From NCBI GenBank assembly GCA_035906255.1, contig JAMIFM010000020.1:3917-67916 (forward strand): a stretch of DNA of 64,000 bases, given 5' to 3'. The DNA is from Bacteroidia bacterium (GTDB taxonomy: Bacteria > Bacteroidota > Bacteroidia > UBA8524). Below the pieces are notes generated by a model. It did not search any database. It was not told where the DNA came from and was given only the letters and a program-made list of their open reading frames with translations. Position 1 is the stretch's first letter, and the number at the start of each line of letters is the position of its first letter. Shown here one piece after another: positions 27,421-35,531 of the stretch. The translations under genes were made by a program, and so were the position numbers.

Positions 27421-27972
27421 ATGAAAAAATTAGCATTTGTAGCTGCATTGGTGTTGATGACAACCTTTGCATTCGGGCAAAAAAAGTATTTTACCCGCAC
27501 AGGTAATATTTCTTTCTTTTCTGATGCTACGTTAGAAGACATTACAGCCAATAACCATCAGGTGACTGCATTGTTTAATACCGCCGACGGTAAACTGGCC
27601 TACAAAGTACCCATTAAAGGTTTTGAGTTTGAAAAGGCTTTGATGCAAGAGCATTTTAACGAAAACTACATGGAATCGGACAAGTATGCTGAGGCTTCAT
27701 TTGACGGTGCTATTGAAGATTTGAAAAAGGTAGATTTTACCAAATCGGGTACCTACAAGGTGAGTGTAAAAGGTAAACTTACCATGCACGGTGTAACTAA
27801 AGACATAACAACCCCCGGTGAGGTTATTGTTGATGCTGCCACAAACAAAGTAACTACCAAAGCTACTTTTAAGGTAGCATTGAAAGACTACAACATCAAA
27901 AACGATAAGGTAGGAAAGATTGCAGATGAAATTGAAATACGTGTAAACGTTGAAATGACGGAGAAAAAATAA
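27421..27972 (+). CDS. YceI-family periplasmic protein
   Basis: 183 aa. Signal peptide and YceI-like beta-barrel pattern (FFSDATLEDITANNHQVTALFN...KGKLTMHGVTKDITTPGEV). Confidence 0.8.
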   Translation: MKKLAFVAALVLMTTFAFGQKKYFTRTGNISFFSDATLEDITANNHQVTALFNTADGKLAYKVPIKGFEFEKALMQEHFNENYMESDKYAEASFDGAIEDLKKVDFTKSGTYKVSVKGKLTMHGVTKDITTPGEVIVDAATNKVTTKATFKVALKDYNIKNDKVGKIADEIEIRVNVEMTEKK

Positions 27973-28057
27973 GGATATTAGAAAGGGACTGTGTTAAACA
28001 ACCTTTTCGTCATTGCGAAAAACTGCTTTTGAGTTTTGAAGCAATCCGTTTGCATTG

Positions 28058-28095
28058 ATTGTGCGAGATTGCTTCGGGAGACCTCGCAATGACGG
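28058..28095. repeat. Short dispersed intergenic repeat of the GTCATTGCGAGG/GAATGACA family
   Basis: cgagattgcttcgggagacctcgcaatgacggcagaat. Related GAATGACA-containing copies lie near 30828-30846, 47615-47640 and 58783-58800. Confidence 0.5.
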
Positions 28096-28156
28096 CAGAA
28101 TTGTACGATACATTTATTTTTATATAGCCCCTTTTCCCTCTAAAAACAAACTAACC

Positions 28157-28540
28157 ATGAATAAACTACTGATGCTGGGAATTGTAGCATTCCTCAGCCT
28201 TCAATCTTGTTATTACGACAACGAAGAAGAACTATACCCGCAAACCGGCAATTGTGATACCACCGCCGTAACCTACAGCGGCACCGTCTCTAAAATACTG
28301 AACCAACGTTGCGCAACTTCAGGCTGCCATTTAGGAGCATCAGGTCAGGCAATCGGTATTTTTGATACCCATGCTAATGTTAAAACATTTTTAGATGCCG
28401 GTAATACCGTGCGGTTTTTAGATGCCATAAACCACCGCAACGGACGCTCGCCAATGCCCAAGGGCAGTGCAACTAAACTTGATGCCTGCGACCTGTTAAA
28501 AATTGAAGCATGGATACATAGCGGCTACCCTAATAACTAA
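28157..28540 (+). CDS. Lipoprotein with a single PSCyt1-like repeat (paralogue of the repeats at 26638-27348)
   Basis: Start set at MNKLLMLGIVAFLSLQSC (lipobox). The ORF-track start at 28055 runs through the dispersed repeat. Motif ILNQRCATSGCHLGA...SPMPKGSATKLDACDLLKIEAWIHSGYPNN includes C-x4-CH. Confidence 0.6.
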   Translation: MNKLLMLGIVAFLSLQSCYYDNEEELYPQTGNCDTTAVTYSGTVSKILNQRCATSGCHLGASGQAIGIFDTHANVKTFLDAGNTVRFLDAINHRNGRSPMPKGSATKLDACDLLKIEAWIHSGYPNN

Positions 28541-28548
28541 CCACTACT

Positions 28549-29475
28549 ATGAAAAAAAATATACTGTTACTGTTAGTATCGTTTGCATTCATACTTCCGG
28601 TTGTTGCTCAACCCGGCAGCAGTTTGCTGGATGAGTTGGATGCCCTTGACTCTAACGTTGAAAAAAAGCCCGATTATGCTTTTGCTACCTTTAAAGGTGT
28701 GCGCGTAATTAACGGACAATCGGTTGAAATTCCTGCAAAAGGCGAATTACTATACATGCTTGCCCACCGCTTTGGCACTATTGAAAACGGCTTTTATGAT
28801 ATGTTTGGTATGGATAGAGCCACCATGCGCATGGGGCTTGAATATACCTTGCCTACTGATTTTGTAACTATTGGTTACGGCCGCAGCACCTATGGCAAAA
28901 CCTACGACGGTTTTATCAAAGCTAAACTGTTTCGTCAGCAATCGGGGGCAAAAAACTTTCCTGTTACCATTGTATGGGTTTCGGATATGGCCATCCGCAG
29001 CGAAAAGTTTACTAATACCGACCGGAAAAACCACTTCTCTTCACGTATCGCTTATATGCACCAGTTATTGATTGCACGTAAGTTTTCAAGCAGCTTTTCG
29101 TTGCAACTAAGCCCAACGGTTATTCACAAAAACCTTGTACACACCGTTAATGAGCAAAACACCTTTTTTAGTATGGGTGTAGGCGGCAGAATGAAATTAA
29201 CCCGCCGTGTATCGCTAAACCTTGAGTATTTTGGTTTTATGCCGGGACAAAACATTCCCAAAATTGGAACGCAAACCATACGCAACACTGTTGCCGTTGG
29301 CTTTGATATTGAAACAGGCGGACACGTTTTCCAGCTTCAGTTTACCAATGCACGTGCCATGTATGACGGAGGTTATATCAGCGAAACCGTTAACGATTTT
29401 GCAGCCCCGAAAGGACAAGGCATTGCTTTTGGCTTTAACCTTACCCGCACATTCTCTTTCAAACGATTTGAATAA
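28549..29475 (+). CDS. Hypothetical outer-membrane beta-barrel protein
   Basis: 308 aa. Signal peptide, alternating hydrophobic beta-strand pattern and C-terminal aromatic residue (SFKRFE). Stop and start are 9 bp from the neighbouring genes. Confidence 0.5.
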   Translation: MKKNILLLLVSFAFILPVVAQPGSSLLDELDALDSNVEKKPDYAFATFKGVRVINGQSVEIPAKGELLYMLAHRFGTIENGFYDMFGMDRATMRMGLEYTLPTDFVTIGYGRSTYGKTYDGFIKAKLFRQQSGAKNFPVTIVWVSDMAIRSEKFTNTDRKNHFSSRIAYMHQLLIARKFSSSFSLQLSPTVIHKNLVHTVNEQNTFFSMGVGGRMKLTRRVSLNLEYFGFMPGQNIPKIGTQTIRNTVAVGFDIETGGHVFQLQFTNARAMYDGGYISETVNDFAAPKGQGIAFGFNLTRTFSFKRFE

Positions 29476-29545
29476 TAAAAATACACCTTTCAACCCTCTT
29501 TTGGCAGGTTAATTGCTGTCGAAAGAGGGTTGTTTCTTTTACAGG

Positions 29546-30037
29546 ATGATTAAAAAAACTGCATACACACTTTTATTGTGGCTAATGGCTTTTGCAGCCA
29601 AAGCACAATTGCAAGACAGCACTACTGTACCCATTGTGGGGTTTGACTACGTGCAACAACTGATGCAACAAAAAAACGATACCACGTATGTAATCAACTT
29701 TTGGGCTACGTGGTGCGGCCCCTGTATTAAAGAGCTACCCCATTTCGACCATTTGAAAGCATCATATCCCGACAAAAAGTTAAAGGTTATCTTAATAAGC
29801 CTTGATTTTAAAAAGAACTACAAGAATGTTTTGTTGCCTTATTTGCAAAAGCACAAAATAACCAGCCCTGTGGCTTTGTTATATGAGCCTGACGCAAACA
29901 GATGGATTGAAAAAGTGAGCCCTGAATGGAGCGGAGCAATACCTGCTACTCTTATTTTTAACAAGAACAAAAGCAGCTTTTATGAACAAGAGTTTACTGA
30001 GAAAGAGCTGCACACCACTGTTGAAACTTATTTTTAA
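29546..30037 (+). CDS. TlpA/ResA-like thiol-disulfide oxidoreductase (thioredoxin fold)
   Basis: Start set at MIKKTAYTLLLWLMAFAAKAQ. Active site WATWCGPCIKELP. Confidence 0.8.
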   Translation: MIKKTAYTLLLWLMAFAAKAQLQDSTTVPIVGFDYVQQLMQQKNDTTYVINFWATWCGPCIKELPHFDHLKASYPDKKLKVILISLDFKKNYKNVLLPYLQKHKITSPVALLYEPDANRWIEKVSPEWSGAIPATLIFNKNKSSFYEQEFTEKELHTTVETYF

Positions 30038-30064
30038 CCCCTGATATACTAAACACAAACAGAT

Positions 30065-30691
30065 ATGAAAAAAGTTATCCTTTCGGCCATAGCGTTGCTT
30101 GCAGTTGCAGCAATGGCTGTTGCCTTTACTTACAAAACAAATGCAACAACAGGCTATGCCATTGGTGATGCCGCCGCCGATTTTTCGTTAAAAAACATCG
30201 ACGGTAAAATGGTTTCTTTAGCTGACTTTAAAGACGCTAAAGGCTATATTGTAGTATTTACCTGCAACCATTGCCCGTATGCAAAGGCGTATGAAGATCG
30301 TTTGGTAGCACTTGATAAGAAATATAAAACACAAGGCTACCCCGTAATTGCTATTAACCCTAACGACCCTGCGGTGAATGCCGAGGATAGCTATGAAAAA
30401 ATGCAGGAACGCGCCAAAGAAAAAGGATTTACTTTCCCCTATTTGTTTGACGAAGGACAAAAGATATTTCCAATTTTTGGTGCTACACGCACCCCACACG
30501 TATTTATCCTGCAAAAAGACGGTGCTAAAAACGTTGTAAAATACATTGGAGCTATTGACGATAATCACGAGGATGAAACTGCCGTGAAAACCAAATATGT
30601 TGAAGGCGCTGTTGATGCCTTAATTGCTGGCAAAGCACCAAACCCCGAAACAACAAAAGCTATCGGGTGCACCATTAAAGTTAAAAAATAA
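30065..30691 (+). CDS. Thioredoxin-fold redoxin family protein (C-x-x-C = CNHC)
   Basis: 208 aa. Signal peptide. Redoxin-like core (YIVVFTCNHCPYAKAYEDRLVAL...HVFILQKDG). Confidence 0.75.
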   Translation: MKKVILSAIALLAVAAMAVAFTYKTNATTGYAIGDAAADFSLKNIDGKMVSLADFKDAKGYIVVFTCNHCPYAKAYEDRLVALDKKYKTQGYPVIAINPNDPAVNAEDSYEKMQERAKEKGFTFPYLFDEGQKIFPIFGATRTPHVFILQKDGAKNVVKYIGAIDDNHEDETAVKTKYVEGAVDALIAGKAPNPETTKAIGCTIKVKK

Positions 30692-30714
30692 ACGCCGTTT
30701 ATACAGCGATAAGC

Positions 30715-30746
30715 AAAGGGGCTGTCTTTTGAGACAGCCCCTTTTT
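30715..30746 (+). terminator. Rho-independent terminator ending the 26.1-30.7 kb gene cluster
   Basis: aaaggggctgtc-ttttga-gacagcccctttt followed by ttg. A related imperfect hairpin (30882-30911) follows the convergent yebC-like gene. Confidence 0.8.
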
Positions 30747-30937
30747 GTTATTAACGAATAATTGTTGCCATGCTGACATAGGAAGCAACTTATCACGCTT
30801 TGATAACGCACTTGCTATAAGTTTCCTCTCTGCCCTTCGGAATGACAGGGAAATAAACCTCTGAACATACAAACAAAAAAGGGACTATCTCAAAAGTTGA
30901 GACAGCCCCCTTAATTTTATAAGCAGTTATTGGAAAA

Positions 30938-31657
30938 CTATTCCTCTTCGGGTTTCATGTTATGAAACACGTTTTGTATGTCTTCGTCTTCTTCAATCTT
31001 CTCAAGCATCTTGTCAATTGCAGCACGTTCTTCTGCCGTTACATCCACATAAGAAGTAGGGATGCGTTGCAACTCAGCATTGATTATAACTATACTGCGT
31101 TCTTCTAATGCTTTTTGCATTTTTCCAAAATCAGTAAACGAGGTAGTAATAATAATTTCGGCCTCGTCTTTTTCAATCTCCTGCAAACCAAAATCAATCA
31201 AATCCAATTCAAGCTCATCTGCATCCTGCCCTTCGGCACTAACAGTAAACAAGCCCAAACGCTCAAACATAAATTCCAGCGAACCGGTTTTGCCCAATTC
31301 ACCCCCGCCCCTGCTAAAATACGAGCGAATGTTAGCCACAGTACGGTTGGGGTTATCGGTAGCCGACTCAACAACAATACCTACGCCCTTAGGGCCATAG
31401 CCTTCATACACTATTTCTTCAAAATCTTTCTCGCTCTTGTCGCTGGCACGTTTAATGGCTGATTCTATACGGTCTTTGGGCATATTCACACCCTTAGCGT
31501 TCTGTATCACCACACGTAAGCGGGCATTCAGTGTAGGGTCAGGTCCACCTGCCTTTACCGCCATCGATATTTCTTTACCGTATTTTGTAAACGCTTTCGA
31601 CATCTGGTCCCAGCGTTTCATCTTTCTTCCTTTGCGAAATTCAAATGCTCTACCCAT
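30938..31657 (-). CDS. YebC/PmpR-family DNA-binding transcriptional regulator
   Basis: 239 aa with full-length YebC similarity (MGRAFEFRKGRK...KYGKEISMAVKAGGPDP...). Confidence 0.9.
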   Translation of the reverse strand: MGRAFEFRKGRKMKRWDQMSKAFTKYGKEISMAVKAGGPDPTLNARLRVVIQNAKGVNMPKDRIESAIKRASDKSEKDFEEIVYEGYGPKGVGIVVESATDNPNRTVANIRSYFSRGGGELGKTGSLEFMFERLGLFTVSAEGQDADELELDLIDFGLQEIEKDEAEIIITTSFTDFGKMQKALEERSIVIINAELQRIPTSYVDVTAEERAAIDKMLEKIEEDEDIQNVFHNMKPEEE

Positions 31658-31769
31658 AGTAGTTTGTATTACTGCGCAAAATAAATAAAATGAATGTGAA
31701 TTGGCTACTGCAAAAGGGCAAATACTGTGATTTTATGTTCGCGATGTTTTCAGCCGAACAATGAATCCA

Positions 31770-33029
31770 TCAGGTTTTTTGTTTTTTCTTTTTAGCCGAG
31801 GGGAACAAAACGTTGTTCAAAATCAACCTGAAACCGGGTGAGTTAGGGTGCAAAGCCAAATCCGTAGGGGGTTCACCCACAATATGCTGATAATCCTCGG
31901 GGTCGTGACCACCATAAAACGTCCAAGTACCATTCCCTGCTGTACCGTGTATATAACGAGCTTCGTTCAAGCCTTTGTTTTCGCCCATAATCACCACATT
32001 GCTTTTTATATAGCGTTTGTTATAAGCAGTAGTTTGCCCCATAAATGCGTCAATAATTTTAGTATGATTTTGGCACAACATAGTGGGCACTAAATCGGTT
32101 TTTGCTGAAAACTCAAACAACAGAAACAAGTCTTCTTCTTCAGTAACACCACGTTGCTGCGGGTTTACATCTATAGTTGAAAACTCATACACATAAGGGT
32201 TCATTTCCAGTTTAAAATCAGTAAACGCAAAGCAGTTATCGTAGTTTAATTTCTGATTAGCATTCCGGTCGGCAGGGTCACCGTCAAACATACTTTCGCA
32301 AATATCTACCCCATCGGCTGCAAGAGCAATATCGTAGGTATCAGTAGCACTGCACATGGCAAACAAAAAACCGCCTCCCAGTGTAAAGTCTCTTATCTTT
32401 TTAGCTACTGCCAATTTCAGCTGGCTCACGCTGGCATATCCGTGTTTGGCAGCCATTGCTTCGGCCTCTTTCACCTGCTCTAAATACCAAGGCGCATACC
32501 TGAAACTACTGTAAAACTTACCGTACTGCCCTGTAAAATCCTCGTGGTGAAGATGCAGCCAATCGTAAGTAGGCAGTTTACCTTCCAGCACTTCATCATC
32601 AAATATTATATCGTAAGGTATTTCAGCATAGGTAAGCACCATTGTTACCGCATCGTCCCAAGGCTGTTTACTTTTTGGCGAGTACACTGCTATTTTGGGT
32701 GATTTAAGCAACTTCACCGCTTCCATATTTACCTCGGGGTTGGCAATTTCGGCCAATATTCCATTGTACTTAGCGTCGGTTATAATTTCATAACTCACCC
32801 CACGCACACGACATTCTTTCTCAAACTTTTCTTGGTAAGGAAACACAAAACTGCCGTCGCGGTAATTAAGCAGCCAATCGGCCTCAATATCAAACGTAAG
32901 CACCCAATAACATACCCCGTATGCTTTCAGGTGGTCTTTTTGGGTATTATCCATCGGCACAAGAATGTGCGAGGCCTGAGCCGTGAAAACGGTTACAAAA
33001 AATATAAATGCCGCTAAAATGTGTTTCAT
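31770..33029 (-). CDS. Secreted hypothetical protein
   Basis: Start set at MKHILAAFIFFVTVFTAQA (signal peptide). Conserved block HILVPMDNTQKDHLKAYGVCYWVL. No catalytic residues assignable. Its start overlaps the crcB stop by 4 bp. Confidence 0.45.
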   Translation of the reverse strand: MKHILAAFIFFVTVFTAQASHILVPMDNTQKDHLKAYGVCYWVLTFDIEADWLLNYRDGSFVFPYQEKFEKECRVRGVSYEIITDAKYNGILAEIANPEVNMEAVKLLKSPKIAVYSPKSKQPWDDAVTMVLTYAEIPYDIIFDDEVLEGKLPTYDWLHLHHEDFTGQYGKFYSSFRYAPWYLEQVKEAEAMAAKHGYASVSQLKLAVAKKIRDFTLGGGFLFAMCSATDTYDIALAADGVDICESMFDGDPADRNANQKLNYDNCFAFTDFKLEMNPYVYEFSTIDVNPQQRGVTEEEDLFLLFEFSAKTDLVPTMLCQNHTKIIDAFMGQTTAYNKRYIKSNVVIMGENKGLNEARYIHGTAGNGTWTFYGGHDPEDYQHIVGEPPTDLALHPNSPGFRLILNNVLFPSAKKKKQKT

Positions 33030-33394
33030 ACTTGTGTTAATTGATACCCCACGTACACCAAAAGTAAACCCGCAATATTTGTTCCTAATATGTAATAAAC
33101 GGCAAGCTGCCACTGCTTATTTTGCAAAAGCTGAATGGCATCAAACCCAAAGCTCGAAAATGTGGTAAATCCGCCTAAAAAACCAACTACTAATAACGGC
33201 CAATATTGGCGCAGCACAGGATTACTTAGTACACTGCCCATTGCCGCCCCTATGAGTAAACAACCTAAAAGGTTTACAAAAAAAGTAGCCCAAGGAAACG
33301 CCATACCACCGCTTGAGGGGAACAATTGCCCTATCCCGTAACGTGAAACAGCCCCCAAAGCACCACCTATAACTACTTGCAAAAAAGTTGGCAT
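33026..33394 (-). CDS. crcB: Fluoride ion channel CrcB/FluC
   Basis: Start set at MPTFLQVV (33394). Four TM helices with CrcB motifs (GALGAVSRY...FPWATFFVNLLGCLLIG...GFLGGFTTFSSF). Confidence 0.9.
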   Translation of the reverse strand: MPTFLQVVIGGALGAVSRYGIGQLFPSSGGMAFPWATFFVNLLGCLLIGAAMGSVLSNPVLRQYWPLLVVGFLGGFTTFSSFGFDAIQLLQNKQWQLAVYYILGTNIAGLLLVYVGYQLTQV

Positions 33395-33544
33395 CCTGCC
33401 CAAAATTAAACCTTTTGTACGAAATACACGCTTGGTTGCTTCGCAAAACATCCCCTTGTGTTTTTGCATTTGAAATAGGCACAGCAATTTAAACCACCCT
33501 GTTGTGCCAAAAATACCTACCTTTGCGGGCTTAATAATTTTATA

Positions 33545-34861
33545 ATGGGACGAATTGTAGCCATAGTAGGCAGGCCAAACGTAGGAAAATCAACTTTATT
33601 TAACCGATTGGTTGGTGAACGCAAGGCAATAGTGGACGATATGAGCGGGGTGACCCGTGACCGCCACTACGGAAAAGCCGAATGGATTGGATATGAGTTT
33701 ACGGTGATTGATACGGGCGGATATGTACCGAATAGTGATGATGTGTTTGAATCGGCCATACGCGACCAAGTGAAGATTGCGATTGAAGAAGCTGATGTGA
33801 TGCTGTTTATGGTGGATGTGACTACCGGTATTACTGACCTTGACAGTGATTTTGCAAATATTTTACGTAAATCGAAAAAGCCTGTATTGGTGGTATCAAA
33901 TAAAGTGGATAACAACGACCGCTTGGTGGATACAGCGGAGTTTTATTCATTTGGTTTGGGCGAGGTATATCCGCTATGCTCAATTTCAGGCGCGGGAACA
34001 GGTGAATTGCTTGACGAAGTAGTGGAACGTTTGAGGGCATTACCTCCGACGGCTGCCGAAGAAACCCTTGCCGATATCCCTAAAGTGGCCATCGTAGGTA
34101 AACCCAACGTTGGGAAATCATCATTGGTAAATGCTTTACTTGGTGAAGACAGAAACATTGTTACCCCCATTGCAGGTACTACTCGCGATACTATACATAC
34201 CCATTACAAAGCATACGGGCACGAATATTTGCTGATTGATACGGCAGGTATCCGCAAAAAAGGCAAAGTAACCGAAGATATTGAGTTTTACTCAGTAATA
34301 CGTGCCATAAAAGCTATTGAAGAGTGTGATGTGTGTGTGTTGCTGATTGATGCCACACAAGGTATTGAGAGCCAAGATTTAAACCTGTTTCACCAAGCGG
34401 AGAAAAACGGAAAAGGGATTGTGGTATTGGTGAATAAATGGGACTTGATGGAGAAGGAAACCAACAGCGCCAAAACGTATGAGGAAACCATAAAGAGGAA
34501 AACGGCTCCTTTTACCGATTACCCCGTATTGTTTGTATCGGCTCTTGAAAAACAACGGATATACAAGGCAATGGAAACCATTGGTGCTGTATATGCCAAT
34601 ATGTCGAAAAAGATTAATACCCACCAGTTGAACGAGGTAATGCTGCCGATAATACTGGCAACACCACCACCTGCATATAAAGGAAAATATATCAAAATTA
34701 AATATATCACCCAATTACGTACTAAGGTTCCCAGTTTTGCATTTTTTTGCAACCTACCCCAATATTTTAAAGACCCCTACAAACGCTTCTTAGAGAACAA
34801 ACTCCGTGAAAATTTTGACTTTAGCGGAATGCCTGTAAGAATCTTTTTTAGAAAAAAATAA
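33545..34861 (+). CDS. der: Ribosome-biogenesis GTPase Der (EngA), tandem GTPase domains plus KH-like domain
   Basis: 438 aa. Two G-domains with P-loops GRPNVGKST and GKPNVGKSS and DTAG/DTGG motifs. Confidence 0.95.
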   Translation: MGRIVAIVGRPNVGKSTLFNRLVGERKAIVDDMSGVTRDRHYGKAEWIGYEFTVIDTGGYVPNSDDVFESAIRDQVKIAIEEADVMLFMVDVTTGITDLDSDFANILRKSKKPVLVVSNKVDNNDRLVDTAEFYSFGLGEVYPLCSISGAGTGELLDEVVERLRALPPTAAEETLADIPKVAIVGKPNVGKSSLVNALLGEDRNIVTPIAGTTRDTIHTHYKAYGHEYLLIDTAGIRKKGKVTEDIEFYSVIRAIKAIEECDVCVLLIDATQGIESQDLNLFHQAEKNGKGIVVLVNKWDLMEKETNSAKTYEETIKRKTAPFTDYPVLFVSALEKQRIYKAMETIGAVYANMSKKINTHQLNEVMLPIILATPPPAYKGKYIKIKYITQLRTKVPSFAFFCNLPQYFKDPYKRFLENKLRENFDFSGMPVRIFFRKK

Positions 34862-34891
34862 GGGTATTCTTGCATAATTTGTTTCTTTGGC

Positions 34892-34899
34892 TACCTTTG
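34892..34899 (+). promoter_or_regulatory. -7 promoter box TACCTTTG for the small lipoprotein gene
   Basis: Lies 28 nt upstream of the ATG at 34928. Confidence 0.4.
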
Positions 34900-34927
34900 C
34901 ACGGAATTTTAAAAGTATCACAAAAAA

Positions 34928-35152
34928 ATGAAAAAAGTATTTGCTCTGTTAACCATCGTATCTGTAATGTCATTCGTAGCTTGCAAAAACACTCCTGCTG
35001 TTGATCATGCTGCTGATTCAAAACGTGCTGCTGATTCACTACAAAAGATAGCTGATTCAGTTAAAGCTGCTGAAGAAGCTGCTGCTGCTCAAGCTACTGC
35101 TAACGACACTGGTGCTAAAGATTCAGGTGCTACTGCTCCTGCTGGTCACTAA
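34928..35152 (+). CDS. Small Ala-rich lipoprotein (74 aa)
   Basis: Lipobox (SFVAC). Strong GCT(Ala)/GAT codon bias with reiterated gctgctgattca triplet blocks. Has its own -7 box and terminator. Confidence 0.55.
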   Translation: MKKVFALLTIVSVMSFVACKNTPAVDHAADSKRAADSLQKIADSVKAAEEAAAAQATANDTGAKDSGATAPAGH

Positions 35153-35183
35153 TCAGTAAGTCTTACAGACCGAGAACGAAATT

Positions 35184-35211
35184 AAAGAGTGCCGAGGCAC
35201 TCTTTTTTTTT
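35184..35211 (+). terminator. Rho-independent terminator
   Basis: aaagagtgcc-gag-gcactcttttttttt. Confidence 0.85.
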
Positions 35212-35268
35212 GCCTAAAAGTGTGATTGGGTCATTTTACATTAGAAAAAGATTGATTTAACTTGCAGT

Positions 35269-35472
35269 ATGAAAAAGACACTTTCTTTATACGCTGCCAT
35301 TATCACCTTATCAGTAATTGCTTGTAAATCAAAACCTGAAGCTGAAACAAAAACCCCTGAACAGCAAAAAGCAGAGACTATTGTGAAAAGCGATAAAGAA
35401 AAGGCGGACTCGGTATTAGAGTATTACAAGAAAAAAGCCGGAGCCGCCCCTGATACATTACCATCGAAATAA
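35269..35472 (+). CDS. Small lipoprotein (67 aa), probable paralogue of 34928-35152
   Basis: Similar N-terminus (MKKTLSLYAAIITLSVIACKSKP vs MKKVFALLTIVSVMSFVACKNTP) followed by a Lys/Ala/Glu-rich tail. Confidence 0.5.
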   Translation: MKKTLSLYAAIITLSVIACKSKPEAETKTPEQQKAETIVKSDKEKADSVLEYYKKKAGAAPDTLPSK

Positions 35473-35531
35473 TCCAATAAAAAACCTAAGCACTTAATAT
35501 GCTTGGGTTATATCTTTATCCGGTAGGATAG

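Noticed and set aside
28055-28156. N-terminal extension of the 28055-28540 ORF (MIVRDCFGRPRNDGRIV...)
   Set aside because: The extension is translated from a GTCATTGCGAGG-family intergenic repeat. The downstream ATG at 28157 begins a canonical lipoprotein signal peptide (MNKLLMLGIVAFLSLQSC), so that start is used.
33395-33470. Confident call of a fluoride riboswitch upstream of crcB
   Set aside because: Only partial resemblance to the GGCGAUGG...AAACGCC...CUAAUGA consensus, and the pseudoknot partner could not be located by eye. It is reported only as a low-interest finding to be tested with cmsearch.
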